DNA of 64,000 bases from Candidatus Saccharibacteria bacterium UBA6209 (lineage in GTDB: Bacteria > Patescibacteriota > Saccharimonadia > Saccharimonadales > Saccharimonadaceae), in NCBI GenBank assembly GCA_002421965.1, contig DISN01000005.1:324-64323 (forward strand). The letters are read 5' to 3'. The notes under the pieces were generated by a model that saw only the letters and a list, made by a program, of their open reading frames with translations, was not told where the DNA came from and did not search any database. A program made the translations under genes and the position numbers. Positions within the stretch are counted from its first letter, which is position 1; each line of letters begins with the position of its first letter. Shown here piece by piece: positions 20,990 to 30,400 of this stretch.

Positions 20990-21211
20990 ATGCAAGAAAT
21001 GCAGACAATCGTAACACTTCTAACAGTTATTGTTACACTGTTGTCGCTAGTCACCATGACGCTACTTGGTGTCATGATAGCTCTTTTGGTCAAGCTTCGA
21101 AAAGTTGCCAAAAAAGTTGACGATGTTACATCAAATATCGTTCGGGTGACAGAGTGGTTTTCACCCACAAAAATCATCAGTTCTATCGCAGATTTGTTTA
21201 GTAAGAAGTAA
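20990..21211 (+). CDS. DUF948-like small membrane/coiled-coil protein
   Basis: TM followed by heptad repeat; AAAGGAG SD; precedes a YtxH gene, a common pairing. Confidence 0.7.
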   Translation: MQEMQTIVTLLTVIVTLLSLVTMTLLGVMIALLVKLRKVAKKVDDVTSNIVRVTEWFSPTKIISSIADLFSKK

Positions 21212-21234
21212 TCCTAAAAAGGAGGCAAAGTATT

Positions 21235-21504
21235 ATGAAGAAACTTCTAACAGTTATCGGTGCAGCAGTTGCCGGCGTAGCCGCAGGTATCTTGATGGCG
21301 CCTAAGAGCGGCAAAGAAATTCGTGAAGATATCAAGAAGAAAGCCCAGGAATTTAGCTCTGAGGCCGAAAAGCGAACAGAGCAGGCAAAGAGCGCCGCTA
21401 AAGATAGCGCCGAGACTATTAAGTCTGGTGCTAAGAAAGTTGGCGAAACTGCTACCGACGTTGCAAAAGACGTCAAGCGTAACGTCGAGAAAAACTTCAA
21501 GTAG
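21235..21504 (+). CDS. YtxH-domain protein
   Basis: GAAVAGVAAGILMAPKSGKEIREDI signature. Confidence 0.88.
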   Translation: MKKLLTVIGAAVAGVAAGILMAPKSGKEIREDIKKKAQEFSSEAEKRTEQAKSAAKDSAETIKSGAKKVGETATDVAKDVKRNVEKNFK

Positions 21505-21522
21505 CCTTAGCGGACAATAAAT

Positions 21523-21552
21523 AAATGCCCTTGAGTAAATCGAGGGCATTTT
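21523..21552 (+). terminator. Intrinsic terminator
   Basis: AAATGCCCTTG-AGTAAAT-CGAGGGCATTTT. Confidence 0.8.
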
Positions 21553-21597
21553 ATGTCTCGGTTGACTGATTACCGCCGGCAATAGATAATAGATAGA

Positions 21598-22143
21598 GTG
21601 AAGCGACGACTAATCATTGGCCTACTTATCACAGCTGCCGGTCTTGGCCTGGTTTTTGGCAGGGTAGCTACGGCCCAAGAGCCCATCCAGCAGACGGAGA
21701 TCACAGTTGTCGATAATGTTCGAAGCCGCTGCGACAGTCTTCAGAGTTCATTGGGTCGCCTACATACTAGCGATGCGCTACTTCGGGTTAATGTTGGGCA
21801 GACGTATAATTCTATATCGGTAAGGCTGATGGCCAGACTCAATAGCCGACTGGCTCTAAATAGGATCGATAGCCTGGAGACGGTAGAGATTGCTAATCGC
21901 TTTGATCAGCTGCGTGTTGAGTTTGCTGCAAATTATAATGACTACGAAACGGCTATGTCGTCGTTGGTCAAGATTGATTGTAAGCAAAAACCAGCAGAAT
22001 TTTATGCACAATTACTGACAACTCGTGATCTACGGCTTAGGCTTGCCGAGACAGTGAAGCTGTTAAACGGTAGCATCTCTGACTATCGAACGGCTGTTGA
22101 GCGAGTAAAATTCAGTCTAGGCGGAGGTAGCAATGAAGGATAA
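21598..22143 (+). CDS. Secreted helical hypothetical protein
   Basis: Signal peptide, coiled-coil body, two Cys. Confidence 0.72.
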   Translation: MKRRLIIGLLITAAGLGLVFGRVATAQEPIQQTEITVVDNVRSRCDSLQSSLGRLHTSDALLRVNVGQTYNSISVRLMARLNSRLALNRIDSLETVEIANRFDQLRVEFAANYNDYETAMSSLVKIDCKQKPAEFYAQLLTTRDLRLRLAETVKLLNGSISDYRTAVERVKFSLGGGSNEG

Positions 22144-22468
22144 GCTGAACGAGCTAATTCATCGGCATAGGTTACCAGCCTTCCTGGTTGCTGTAGTGGT
22201 TTTGGCGGGAGTTTTGGTGGTGATTTCGGTATCGGTGTATTATCGATCAGGCGCTTATCAGTTAGACTTAAGTCGCCCAGAGTACAAAGACGTTCGCTCG
22301 CAGATTGAAAAAGACAAAAAAGTGAATGACCTATTTGATGCACAGGGTCCCGTGGATGAAGCGACTCTTAACGATTTCCTAAAGCAATACCAAGAAGAGG
22401 CTGACAAGGCCCTCGAGGCAGATGCCTTTGGCACCGATGTGCTTAGCAATGAACAGCTAGGTATATAG
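22133..22468 (+). CDS. Single-TM hypothetical protein
   Basis: Overlaps the upstream gene; one TM segment. Confidence 0.7.
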   Translation: MKDKLNELIHRHRLPAFLVAVVVLAGVLVVISVSVYYRSGAYQLDLSRPEYKDVRSQIEKDKKVNDLFDAQGPVDEATLNDFLKQYQEEADKALEADAFGTDVLSNEQLGI

Positions 22469-22469
22469 T

Positions 22470-23366
22470 TTAGCGGTTAATGTCGGCAGCGGGTAGACTG
22501 GTGACAGTGATGTCTTTTTTGTCTAGCGCTACCATTAGGCGGTTTCGCATTTCAAGTGTGACCGACCATTGGTCTGATGGCATGGTTTTGCCGGAAATTA
22601 TTAGCTCAATACTTTTTTCGGTAACTTCACCAATAGCTACGAATTGAGGTGCATCGATAATTTTACGCTTCCAGGCTGGATCGCTCATCAGAGTCTCGCC
22701 AACATCATTGATTAGTTTGACCGCCTTGTCGATATTGGTATCGGCGGCAACGTAAATACTAAATCTCGCTATGCTATAGCCCATAGTTTTGTTGATTACT
22801 TTCTGGATTGTGCCATTTGGTATGTAATGGACGCTGCCATCGCGGTCTCGGATGACGGTTGAGCGAGTGCCAACCCGCTCGACGGTGCCGACTGAGCCCA
22901 TGATATCCACAACATCACCAACTCGATACTGATTTTCACTGATGATAAATATACCAGTCAGAAAATCCTTGATCAGAGATTGCGATCCAAAGCCAATCGC
23001 CACACCAATAATTCCAGCGCTAGCAAATAGCGGTGACAAGTCAAAGCCAAATAATTTATTGGCAATCATCGCAACCGCATAAATCAGCATAATAATTCGC
23101 CAAGAACTCGTTATCAGCTCCTGGATAGTTTTTTCACGCTTTTCTCGATCTTTACGATGCCACGCACGATGCTTGGCCGCTTGACGAATTATATAGCGTA
23201 CGCCATAGGACAAAAATACCCGGCCAATATAGTAAACAGTCACGGTGCCGATGACAATACTTAGGAATTGAATAATGGGGTCGCTAACTAGAAATCCCAG
23301 GCCACGCTTATCAAGCCATTCATCGAAGTTCCAGGCTGCCAAGAGATCATTTATAAACTTATCCAT
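22470..23366 (-). CDS. mscS: Small-conductance mechanosensitive channel
   Basis: GVAIGFGSQSLIKDFLTG, QYRVGDVV, HYIPNG; start set at MDKFIND (ATG 23366). Confidence 0.92.
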   Translation of the reverse strand: MDKFINDLLAAWNFDEWLDKRGLGFLVSDPIIQFLSIVIGTVTVYYIGRVFLSYGVRYIIRQAAKHRAWHRKDREKREKTIQELITSSWRIIMLIYAVAMIANKLFGFDLSPLFASAGIIGVAIGFGSQSLIKDFLTGIFIISENQYRVGDVVDIMGSVGTVERVGTRSTVIRDRDGSVHYIPNGTIQKVINKTMGYSIARFSIYVAADTNIDKAVKLINDVGETLMSDPAWKRKIIDAPQFVAIGEVTEKSIELIISGKTMPSDQWSVTLEMRNRLMVALDKKDITVTSLPAADINR

Positions 23367-23390
23367 TTTCACTAGTGTATCATAGGGAGT

Positions 23391-24056
23391 ATGGCTGACA
23401 TAGACCCAGATCAATTTATTATTACCAGAAAACGCAAGAAATATAAGTTTGCCAAGTTTGCCAATGCACAAAATTGCTTCGAGTTTGATGAGTGGCGGCA
23501 GCGAGACGAGCATGGGCGTGCTCATATCGATGTAGTAGAAATAGGCGCTGGTACTGGACTGTTTGTCGTCGAGTTGGCCGCTCGGCATCCAGGCCGGAGG
23601 TTTGTGGCGGTGGACGTCAAGGCTGACCGCCTGCAAAAGGGTGCATACGAGGCAATTGAGCGTGGACTAGATAATGTGTATTTTGTGCGAGCCAGGGCCG
23701 ACCAAATTGATCAGTTGTTCGACGCAAAATCACTTTGGGCGATATGGCTAACGTTCTCTGACCCATACCCCAAAAAGCGGGCAGCTGGACGGCGTATGAC
23801 GCATCCAACTTTTCTGGCCAAATATCAGCAGCTGTTGGCACCTGATGGGGGATTTTATATCAAGCACGACAACCCTGATTTCTTTAAGTGGAGTCTTGAG
23901 CAGCTGGTGGCGACTGGCTGGACGATAGACGAACTTAGCTTTGATCTGCATGAGAGTAACCTGTCCGATGACTACAAAATACTAACCACCTATGAACAGC
24001 GCTGGTTGGGCGAAGGGCGCATTACTCAGTTTGCTCGCGCGAAACACCTTGATTAG
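23391..24056 (+). CDS. trmB: tRNA (guanine-N7)-methyltransferase
   Basis: EIGAGTG, TFSDPYPKKR, IKHDN, TTYE motifs. Confidence 0.9.
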   Translation: MADIDPDQFIITRKRKKYKFAKFANAQNCFEFDEWRQRDEHGRAHIDVVEIGAGTGLFVVELAARHPGRRFVAVDVKADRLQKGAYEAIERGLDNVYFVRARADQIDQLFDAKSLWAIWLTFSDPYPKKRAAGRRMTHPTFLAKYQQLLAPDGGFYIKHDNPDFFKWSLEQLVATGWTIDELSFDLHESNLSDDYKILTTYEQRWLGEGRITQFARAKHLD

Positions 24057-24071
24057 TGGTAAAATAATTCT

Positions 24072-24413
24072 ATGAACATTCAAGATTACAGCAGTCAAGC
24101 AATCACTACTCTCCTGGGCGACCATGCTATCACCGATATGGATGCTACGTTGCTCTCGCAGGTATTTGGTCTAATGGGCGAAAGTGGCGAGGTAGCCGAA
24201 AAGTTTAAGAAATTGATTCGTGATAAAAAAGGTGTCATTTCTGACGAGGATAAAGTCGAGATTATCAAAGAGCTCGGTGATATTTTATGGTATATTAACT
24301 CAGTCTCGCATCTGCTGGGTTCGAGTCTCGAGGAGGTTGCCGAAAAGAACTTAGATAAGGTGCTGAGTCGCAAGCAGCGCGGCAAAACTCAGGGCAGTGG
24401 CGACAATCGGTAA
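24072..24413 (+). CDS. MazG-like nucleotide pyrophosphohydrolase
   Basis: GESGEVAEKFKK and KELGDILWY motifs. Confidence 0.88.
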   Translation: MNIQDYSSQAITTLLGDHAITDMDATLLSQVFGLMGESGEVAEKFKKLIRDKKGVISDEDKVEIIKELGDILWYINSVSHLLGSSLEEVAEKNLDKVLSRKQRGKTQGSGDNR

Positions 24414-24418
24414 ATATT

Positions 24419-24826
24419 ATGTCACAACAAAGTCAGTACCCATCGACTTTTTATCGTGTATCGCTTAAGGCGGTTATTCGTGATGATCAAGGTCGGGTTT
24501 TGGTTAACAAAGAGGGTAGTATGGACACCTGGAGTCTCCCCGGTGGCGGTTGGGATCATGGCGAGACCGAGCACGAGGCAATCGCCCGTGAATTATACGA
24601 AGAACTTGGCTATAGGGGCGACTTCTCTGCTAAGCCTCAGGCTACGGCTACTTACTGGTTGGAATCTAGACAGGCGTATCTATTGTGGATTGTTTATGAT
24701 GTGGACACCGAGCACATGAATTTTAGAATCGGCGAAGACAGTACCGATGTTGCATTTATCCATCCCGACGAATTCCGCCGTCAGGCCAACAGCGGAGCCG
24801 AGCAGTGGATCGCCGATAATCTCTAG
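24419..24826 (+). CDS. NUDIX hydrolase
   Basis: Nudix box LPGGGWDHGETEHEAIARELYEELG. Confidence 0.9.
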   Translation: MSQQSQYPSTFYRVSLKAVIRDDQGRVLVNKEGSMDTWSLPGGGWDHGETEHEAIARELYEELGYRGDFSAKPQATATYWLESRQAYLLWIVYDVDTEHMNFRIGEDSTDVAFIHPDEFRRQANSGAEQWIADNL

Positions 24827-26085
24827 TTGGACGCTAGCTGCTGCCGTACCCAGCCATCGATTGACCCCGCTCCCATGCACAGAACCAGGTGTCCAGCGTC
24901 AATATGTCGCTGAATTTCATCCCAAAGATTATCATTAAGATCTGCCTGGTGTAGCTTAGTGGCATTAAGCTCACTAGTTAGTTCGGCTGGCGTTAAGATC
25001 TCAAGCTCGGGCGCTTCTCGACTAAGGTAGGTTGGCAGCCAGTATATTTGTTGCGCACCCGCAAAGACCGGATCAGTGTATAGGTGACGAATTTCGTGCT
25101 GACGAACATTTTGGTGCGGTTGATAGACGAGTACAACATGGTCTGATAGCTCTCGCGCCATTTGTAGCGTGGCGGTGATTTCTGCTGGATGGTGGCCGTA
25201 GTCGCTGTAAAGATTCGGTCCAAGCTTCTCGAATCGACGATTAGTACCAGGGAAACTATTGATTGCTTCAACTACGTCTGACTGACCCTCGGAGATTATC
25301 TTGGCAGCCTGTTCGACCAAAAAGGCATTGTGCCTAGTGTGATCGCCCGCAAGTTTAATGTGTGACAGGTCCATCAGTTCATCATAGGCCTGGTAGGTGG
25401 CCGCAATATCAGGGTGCTTTAGGTAGCGCAGATCTTTCTCCCACAGCAGCGAGCTGGTCGATTGACCTAAAAATTCCACAAATGCCTGTGAATAGGCCTC
25501 GCGGGTTGGATAAGTGTCAGGATGGTCATAGTCCAAGGCTGTAATAATGCTCAGGTGCGGTTCAAAGTGCAAGAAATTACGATCAAACTCGTCACACTCG
25601 TAGACAAAGTATTCACTAGCTGGGTCAAATTTACCACTCGGTCCCCAAGATAGTGTCGTGCCAATAGAGTAGCTAGCGGGGATGCCAAGCTGATTCATTG
25701 TCCAAACCAGCATACCCGTGGTCGTTGTTTTACCATGCGTACCAGCAATCGCAATTAGTTTTAGGTTTTTGTCCTGGATGATATGCGCCAATAGTTCGTC
25801 GCGCTTGCCGGTTCGTATGCCCAGCTGACGTGCTACCTGTAATTCTGGATGGTCTTGGGCTAGGGCGGATGTGTAGATATACCAGTCAATCTCCGAAGCT
25901 TCATGCTGCTGACGCAAAAACTCCCCAGATTGATCACTCGACACTTGTATGCTGCGTCTCTCAAGCTCTTCGGTCACCAGGCTGCTATTGATATCAGACC
26001 CAACTACATCATAGCCAGCATCGGCTGCAATCTCCGCTAGTGGACCAATTCCTACGCCGCCAATACCAGAAAAAAATACTCTCAT
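24823..26085 (-). CDS. murC: UDP-N-acetylmuramate-L-alanine ligase-like Mur ligase
   Basis: GIGGVGI, GTHGKTTTT, ECDEFDRNFL, DYGHHP, VYQPH motifs. Confidence 0.88.
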   Translation of the reverse strand: MRVFFSGIGGVGIGPLAEIAADAGYDVVGSDINSSLVTEELERRSIQVSSDQSGEFLRQQHEASEIDWYIYTSALAQDHPELQVARQLGIRTGKRDELLAHIIQDKNLKLIAIAGTHGKTTTTGMLVWTMNQLGIPASYSIGTTLSWGPSGKFDPASEYFVYECDEFDRNFLHFEPHLSIITALDYDHPDTYPTREAYSQAFVEFLGQSTSSLLWEKDLRYLKHPDIAATYQAYDELMDLSHIKLAGDHTRHNAFLVEQAAKIISEGQSDVVEAINSFPGTNRRFEKLGPNLYSDYGHHPAEITATLQMARELSDHVVLVYQPHQNVRQHEIRHLYTDPVFAGAQQIYWLPTYLSREAPELEILTPAELTSELNATKLHQADLNDNLWDEIQRHIDAGHLVLCMGAGSIDGWVRQQLASN

Positions 26086-26175
26086 AGCTTAATTATATAC
26101 TATTTTTACTAATTGCTATTGCTTATTTGTCAAAACTGTGCTATACTTACAGTAGTAAGTTGATCAAAAATAAAA

Positions 26176-27393
26176 ATGTTCAAAAAAATCATCAACAACA
26201 TATCATCACGACACTTCTGGCGTACAGCCAGCTTCTCCGAGATGGGGCAGCTGCACGTCGCTAGGCTGGTGCGCACGATTGCCATTAACCTTGGTGCTGG
26301 TCTGATTGCGGTCTATATGTACAAGATTGGCTACTCGCTGGTGTTCATCTCGCTATTTTGGGTAGCTTATTTTATGCTCAAAGTGGTGATTATGCTGCCG
26401 CTAGCACAGCTAATCGCCTCGATTGGTCCACGCAAATCAATTATTATCTCGAATTTCCTCTATGTGCCGTCGATGATTGCATTTATGTTTGTCGAGCAGT
26501 ACGCTATGCCAATGTTGGTAATTACGGTAATATTTCAGACGTCTTCGGCCGCACTATATGACATGGGCTACCTGGTTGGCTTGTCTCGACTGAGTCGTGA
26601 CAGCAGCAGGGGCGGGCGAGCGGTAGCAATGATGAAGATTGCCGAAACTGTCGCTAAGGGTCTAAGCCCACTAATCGGTGGTATTCTGGCGATGATGTTT
26701 GACCCACGGGCATCGTTAGTCGTTTCGCTGCTGTTCTTTGTACTAGCATCGATACCATTGATCAAGATGGTGGATTCAATGAAGACTGGTTTTCGACTAG
26801 CGCCACGGGGATTTAACTGGAAGCAGGCTACTCAGAGTTTATTGGTTCAGATCCCAATCGGCTTCGACTACTACGCCTCGACAACCGCCTGGTCACTATT
26901 TCTGGTAGTTCTAATTTTTGCGTCTGGTGGTAATGAAGTTTACGCCAAGCTTGGTGCGCTTACTTCGCTGATCCTGGTTGTGTCGCTGGTCTCGGCCTAT
27001 GCCTATGGTAAGTTAATTGACAAAAAAGCTGGCGGTCAGCTGCTTGTCTGGACTGCGATCGGCAGCGTTGTCTCTAATTTATTCCGAGTTTTTGTGCGTA
27101 CACCGATTGCTGCAATTGGCACTAACGCCGCACACGAAATGATGGCGACTGGTTACTCGATGGCCTACACTAGGGGTATGATGGACACAGCCAATCAGAC
27201 TGGCTACAGGGTATTTTATGTCGCTATGACTCAGCTGACGGTTAACTTGGGGGCAGGCTTGGCCGCACTGGTGCTGGCTGTAATTATTGCTCTGCTTGGT
27301 GACAGTATTGGTTTTAGCGTATTTTATGCTATCACCTCGGTTGTGGTTATTGGTATCGCTTTCGTAAGATTTAGCGTGTATAAAAAAATATAA
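26176..27393 (+). CDS. MFS-type transporter
   Basis: About 12 hydrophobic segments; GKLIDKK loop motif. Confidence 0.8.
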   Translation: MFKKIINNISSRHFWRTASFSEMGQLHVARLVRTIAINLGAGLIAVYMYKIGYSLVFISLFWVAYFMLKVVIMLPLAQLIASIGPRKSIIISNFLYVPSMIAFMFVEQYAMPMLVITVIFQTSSAALYDMGYLVGLSRLSRDSSRGGRAVAMMKIAETVAKGLSPLIGGILAMMFDPRASLVVSLLFFVLASIPLIKMVDSMKTGFRLAPRGFNWKQATQSLLVQIPIGFDYYASTTAWSLFLVVLIFASGGNEVYAKLGALTSLILVVSLVSAYAYGKLIDKKAGGQLLVWTAIGSVVSNLFRVFVRTPIAAIGTNAAHEMMATGYSMAYTRGMMDTANQTGYRVFYVAMTQLTVNLGAGLAALVLAVIIALLGDSIGFSVFYAITSVVVIGIAFVRFSVYKKI

Positions 27394-27430
27394 TCGTGAT
27401 ATAATCATCCCTGTAACGAAGGGTGGTAAT

Positions 27431-28093
27431 TTGGCAGATAAGCGTCGGATTCAGCGTACCGTTAAGGCGGTTGAAAAAGTAAAGACCTGGCAGCTAGTAA
27501 TATTGCTGCTAATGGCTGGCTTTGTGGCGGCGACTTTTTTGCGCCTTAATAACATCGGTATGATAGAGCGGCGTGATGCTGTCTGGGCTGCCGATAAGGC
27601 GGGTGATGTTGGCAAGGTTCAAGATAGACTCTACGACCTGCAGCGCTACGTTGCGTCTCATATGAACACCGATCCGGGCAGAGTACAGCTTGACCATGCC
27701 TACAAGAAAGCCTACGATCAGGCGTTTGCTGAGTTTGAGCAAAGTATTGCCTCTCAGTCGAGTAATGACACCGTATCAAAGATACGCGAACACTGTGACG
27801 CTCAGGCGGCACAGGGTGGATATGGTCGCTTTACTACCACTGCCGACCCTAGATATGTCGCCTGTATTAATGAGCAGTGGGATTTGTATCCAGCGGCCTC
27901 GCAGGTAGACTATGTCTTTACGCCGCCATCAACTGCTCCGTACTACCATACTTTCTCACCACCCCTGTGGAGCCCCGATTTTGCTGGCTGGTCCGTGGTG
28001 TTTTGTCTGGTTATCGTGTTGATAATTGTTGCTCGCCTGGTGACGCTGGCGGTACTCAAACTGACGTTGCATCTAAAATATCGTCGAGTTTAG
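27431..28093 (+). CDS. Membrane hypothetical protein
   Basis: TTG start, N- and C-terminal TM segments, paired Cys. Confidence 0.7.
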   Translation: MADKRRIQRTVKAVEKVKTWQLVILLLMAGFVAATFLRLNNIGMIERRDAVWAADKAGDVGKVQDRLYDLQRYVASHMNTDPGRVQLDHAYKKAYDQAFAEFEQSIASQSSNDTVSKIREHCDAQAAQGGYGRFTTTADPRYVACINEQWDLYPAASQVDYVFTPPSTAPYYHTFSPPLWSPDFAGWSVVFCLVIVLIIVARLVTLAVLKLTLHLKYRRV

Positions 28094-28159
28094 GCTTGAC
28101 AGTGGCCACCAGAGGCGGTAATCTGGAGATGTATAGCAGTAATAGGAGGTATAAACCAC

Positions 28160-28366
28160 ATGGCTTACAAGCACACTAACTCTAAAGGTGTTACATACTA
28201 CTTGCACAAAACCGATGTTGTTCTACGCGGTGGCAAAACTCAGACTATCTACTTCTTTGCAAAGGTAGAGAAGAACGAGAAGGGCGAACCAACTGATCTT
28301 CCAGAAGACCGAGTTGTTACCGAAAACCCACGCAACGGTTTCTTGACAATCAAAAAGAAGAAATAA
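28160..28366 (+). CDS. Small basic conserved hypothetical protein
   Basis: AGGAGG SD; YYLHKTDVVLRGG...IYFFAK; Lys-rich C-terminus. Confidence 0.8.
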   Translation: MAYKHTNSKGVTYYLHKTDVVLRGGKTQTIYFFAKVEKNEKGEPTDLPEDRVVTENPRNGFLTIKKKK

Positions 28367-28426
28367 GCACTTGCACTTTATATTTGTTTGAGATACAGTT
28401 ATATCAAACAAACAGGTGCCTAAATC

Positions 28427-28454
28427 GTCCCCGCCTCGTAGCGGGGGCTTTTTT
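28427..28454 (+). terminator. Intrinsic terminator
   Basis: GTCCCCGC-CTCGTA-GCGGGGGC-TTTTTT. Confidence 0.85.
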
Positions 28455-28502
28455 GGGTCACTATGAATTGACTTTTTACAGCTAGTGTGCTATAATGCGC
28501 AC

Positions 28503-29036
28503 ATGAGTGTACATGAAATACTCTCATCGACATACGATAGGCCTAATGGTCAGTTTGATTACGTCGATGAAGAGGGGAATGTACTTGCTGGATGGATGGA
28601 GGATGAGGTTCATTTCCAAGAGCTATCTGGAGAAGATGAATTGAGTATGCTCGAAGAGCAGATGTTGGCCGAAGAGAAGGGCCAGAATGAGATCAAGGAT
28701 TCTCGAGAGCGTGCTAGGCTTGATGCTGAGGTTGAAAGGCTTGTCGATCAGCGGGGCTTGTCATATGCGATGGCCAGGCTGGCTGTATATGGACAGGTGA
28801 ATGATATGGCAGATATCATTGAGGATCAGCCCGCGAGCACTCGGCGTACACCACCGAGTGCTCCGGGGGATAGTAGGTCTCGTGGCCGACGTCGTGAGCC
28901 AGTGTCGTCTAGCTTGGCATCATTAGAAATCGACAAAGCACAGTCCGACGCGGCGAAGCAGTTGGGGCGTGAACTTACTGATAGAGAGATGATGCAGATT
29001 GCATCTGATGTCGTATCCCGACTGGGTAAGTCCTAA
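28503..29036 (+). CDS. Acidic hypothetical protein
   Basis: TTGACT-N17-TATAAT then 6 nt to ATG 28503. Confidence 0.65.
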   Translation: MSVHEILSSTYDRPNGQFDYVDEEGNVLAGWMEDEVHFQELSGEDELSMLEEQMLAEEKGQNEIKDSRERARLDAEVERLVDQRGLSYAMARLAVYGQVNDMADIIEDQPASTRRTPPSAPGDSRSRGRRREPVSSSLASLEIDKAQSDAAKQLGRELTDREMMQIASDVVSRLGKS

Positions 29037-29070
29037 AAAATACCCCCATCTGTCGATGAGGGGATTTTTT
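29036..29070. terminator. Bidirectional terminator-like hairpin
   Basis: A-tract, CCCCCATC-TGTC-GATGAGGGG, T-tract. Confidence 0.75.
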
Positions 29071-29205
29071 TGGTTGCGGGGGTAGGATTATCGACTAAAG
29101 CCTCCTCCGCTTGCTTGATAGAAAAATACCTTCGGTGCTTTTCTATCTGCGCCACGCTTCGCGAACCTACGACTACGACAAGCGAAGCTTGTCTGTCGTA
29201 TGTTC
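29071..29205 (-). repeat. 3' shadow copy of tRNA-fMet with T-loop insert
   Basis: 19-bp copy of the tRNA 3' end (29071-29089), 73-nt insert, direct T-arm half (29163-29173), inverted T-arm half (29195-29205). Confidence 0.85.
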
Positions 29206-29219
29206 AGCCTCACAAGCCA

Positions 29220-29255
29220 AGAAGAAAGCCCATCCTTGCGGACGGGCATTCTTCT
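29220..29255 (-). terminator. Terminator downstream of tRNA-fMet
   Basis: Minus strand GCCCGTCC-GCAA-GGATGGGC-TTTCTTCT. Confidence 0.75.
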
Positions 29256-29332
29256 TGGTTGCGGGGGTAGGATTTGAACCTACGACCTTTTGGTTATGAG
29301 CCAAACGAGCTACCGGGCTGCTCTACCCCGCG
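29256..29332 (-). tRNA. tRNA-fMet (CAT), initiator
   Basis: 77-nt cloverleaf with encoded CCA; C1:A72 mismatch; CGCGGGG acceptor stem; CTCATAA loop. Confidence 0.95.
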
Positions 29333-29368
29333 ATAAATATTGTTGTGCCTCGGTATTCTTTGCGTCGC

Positions 29369-29438
29369 CATAACCAATGGTTATGAGCTAATTGATCGAA
29401 GGGAGCTACCGGGCTGCTCTACCCCGCGATAAATATTG
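29369..29438 (-). repeat. 5' shadow copy of tRNA-fMet
   Basis: 29403-29438 is identical to 29307-29342 (36 bp); CATAACCA-A-TGGTTATG is an inverted plus direct anticodon-arm fragment. Confidence 0.85.
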
Positions 29439-29513
29439 CGTGACATTACGCCTAAACTCATGACACATGAATTATATTACTACACTTTACGCCTGTTGGC
29501 AATGGTTGCCCGG

Positions 29514-29984
29514 CTATTTTCCGCCAAATAGGAATTTAGCCCATTGTTTGAGGTTGCTCTCGTCTACGACTGCAGTAGCTACGTCGTCGGTAGTATCTTT
29601 GCTCGTAACAGTTGAGGGTACTATTAGCGCATGCTCGCCAGGCATGCCCTTGCCAAGTCGTTCACGCACAGCAAGTTCTTGGTATTCTAGGGTTGTGTAG
29701 AATTTGCCCTCTAGCTGCAGGTTATCTACTCGTAGCTTTTCCAGCTCAACCTGTCGACGCTTGGCATCAACCGACTGCTGTAGTTCGTAGTTTTGCTGCA
29801 TAACCTCTATAGAGCTCCATGTCCAGCTAAAGGCAATCAGTAGAGCACAGGCAATGACGACATTGTTGACCGTCAAATAATCCCGATGGAGTCGATAAAA
29901 AAGGCGTTTTGACTGAGTTTGGATTTTGTCGAGCATGGTGTTTGTTGTGTGGTTATCTACTGCTATTTTATCATAAAAACTCAT
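29514..29984 (-). CDS. Septum formation initiator (FtsB/DivIC-like) protein
   Basis: One TM, coiled coil, ELAVRERLGKGMPGE resembles the E-x-x-AR-x-x-LG-x-x-x-PGE motif; true start may be ATG 29936. Confidence 0.75.
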   Translation of the reverse strand: MSFYDKIAVDNHTTNTMLDKIQTQSKRLFYRLHRDYLTVNNVVIACALLIAFSWTWSSIEVMQQNYELQQSVDAKRRQVELEKLRVDNLQLEGKFYTTLEYQELAVRERLGKGMPGEHALIVPSTVTSKDTTDDVATAVVDESNLKQWAKFLFGGK

Positions 29985-30007
29985 GGTTGTAACGGGCGAC
30001 AGTAGGC

Positions 30008-30044
30008 ACGCTATATCTGGTGTACATACGCTACATATAGCGTA
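30008..30044. repeat. Palindromic intergenic repeat, copy 2
   Basis: ACGCTATATCT (30008-30018) and TACGCTACATATAGCGTA (30027-30044), as at 14127-14158. Confidence 0.75.
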
Positions 30045-30107
30045 GCCCCGTAGTTAGCAAAGAGTCCTGACAAATAAAATCGACGGAGATTCCGCCGAAA
30101 ATATAAG

Positions 30108-30242
30108 CTTGGTGGGGGTGGCTGGGATTGGCGTAGCCGAACGAAAATACCTGAAAGCTTGCTTTCGGGTATTAAGGAGGCGGAGGAGCGAAGCGATACA
30201 ATAGCGACAGGATGTCTGAAAGACAGCCGTAGTCGCTGGTTC
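30108..30242 (-). repeat. 3' shadow copy of tRNA-Ile2 with T-loop insert
   Basis: 23-bp copy (30108-30130 = 30292-30314), 68-nt insert, AGCGAC direct fragment, inverted T-arm GTCGCTGGTTC (30232-30242). Confidence 0.85.
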
Positions 30243-30293
30243 TGGAGGTCTATATATGTTTGGTGGCCACAGAGTGACTAGAAAATAAATTCT

Positions 30294-30369
30294 TGGTGGG
30301 GGTGGCTGGGATTGAACCAGCGACCAACAGGTTATGAGCCCGCTGCTCTGACCGCTGAGCTACACCCCC
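30294..30369 (-). tRNA. tRNA-CAT, most likely Ile2 (lysidine-modified)
   Basis: 76-nt cloverleaf with CCA; paired G1-C72; variable loop/T-arm resemble Ile2 tRNAs; tilS is nearby. Ile2 versus Met identity is inferred. Confidence 0.88.
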
Positions 30370-30400
30370 ATCAGAGGCAATTATACCCTAAATGACGAAA

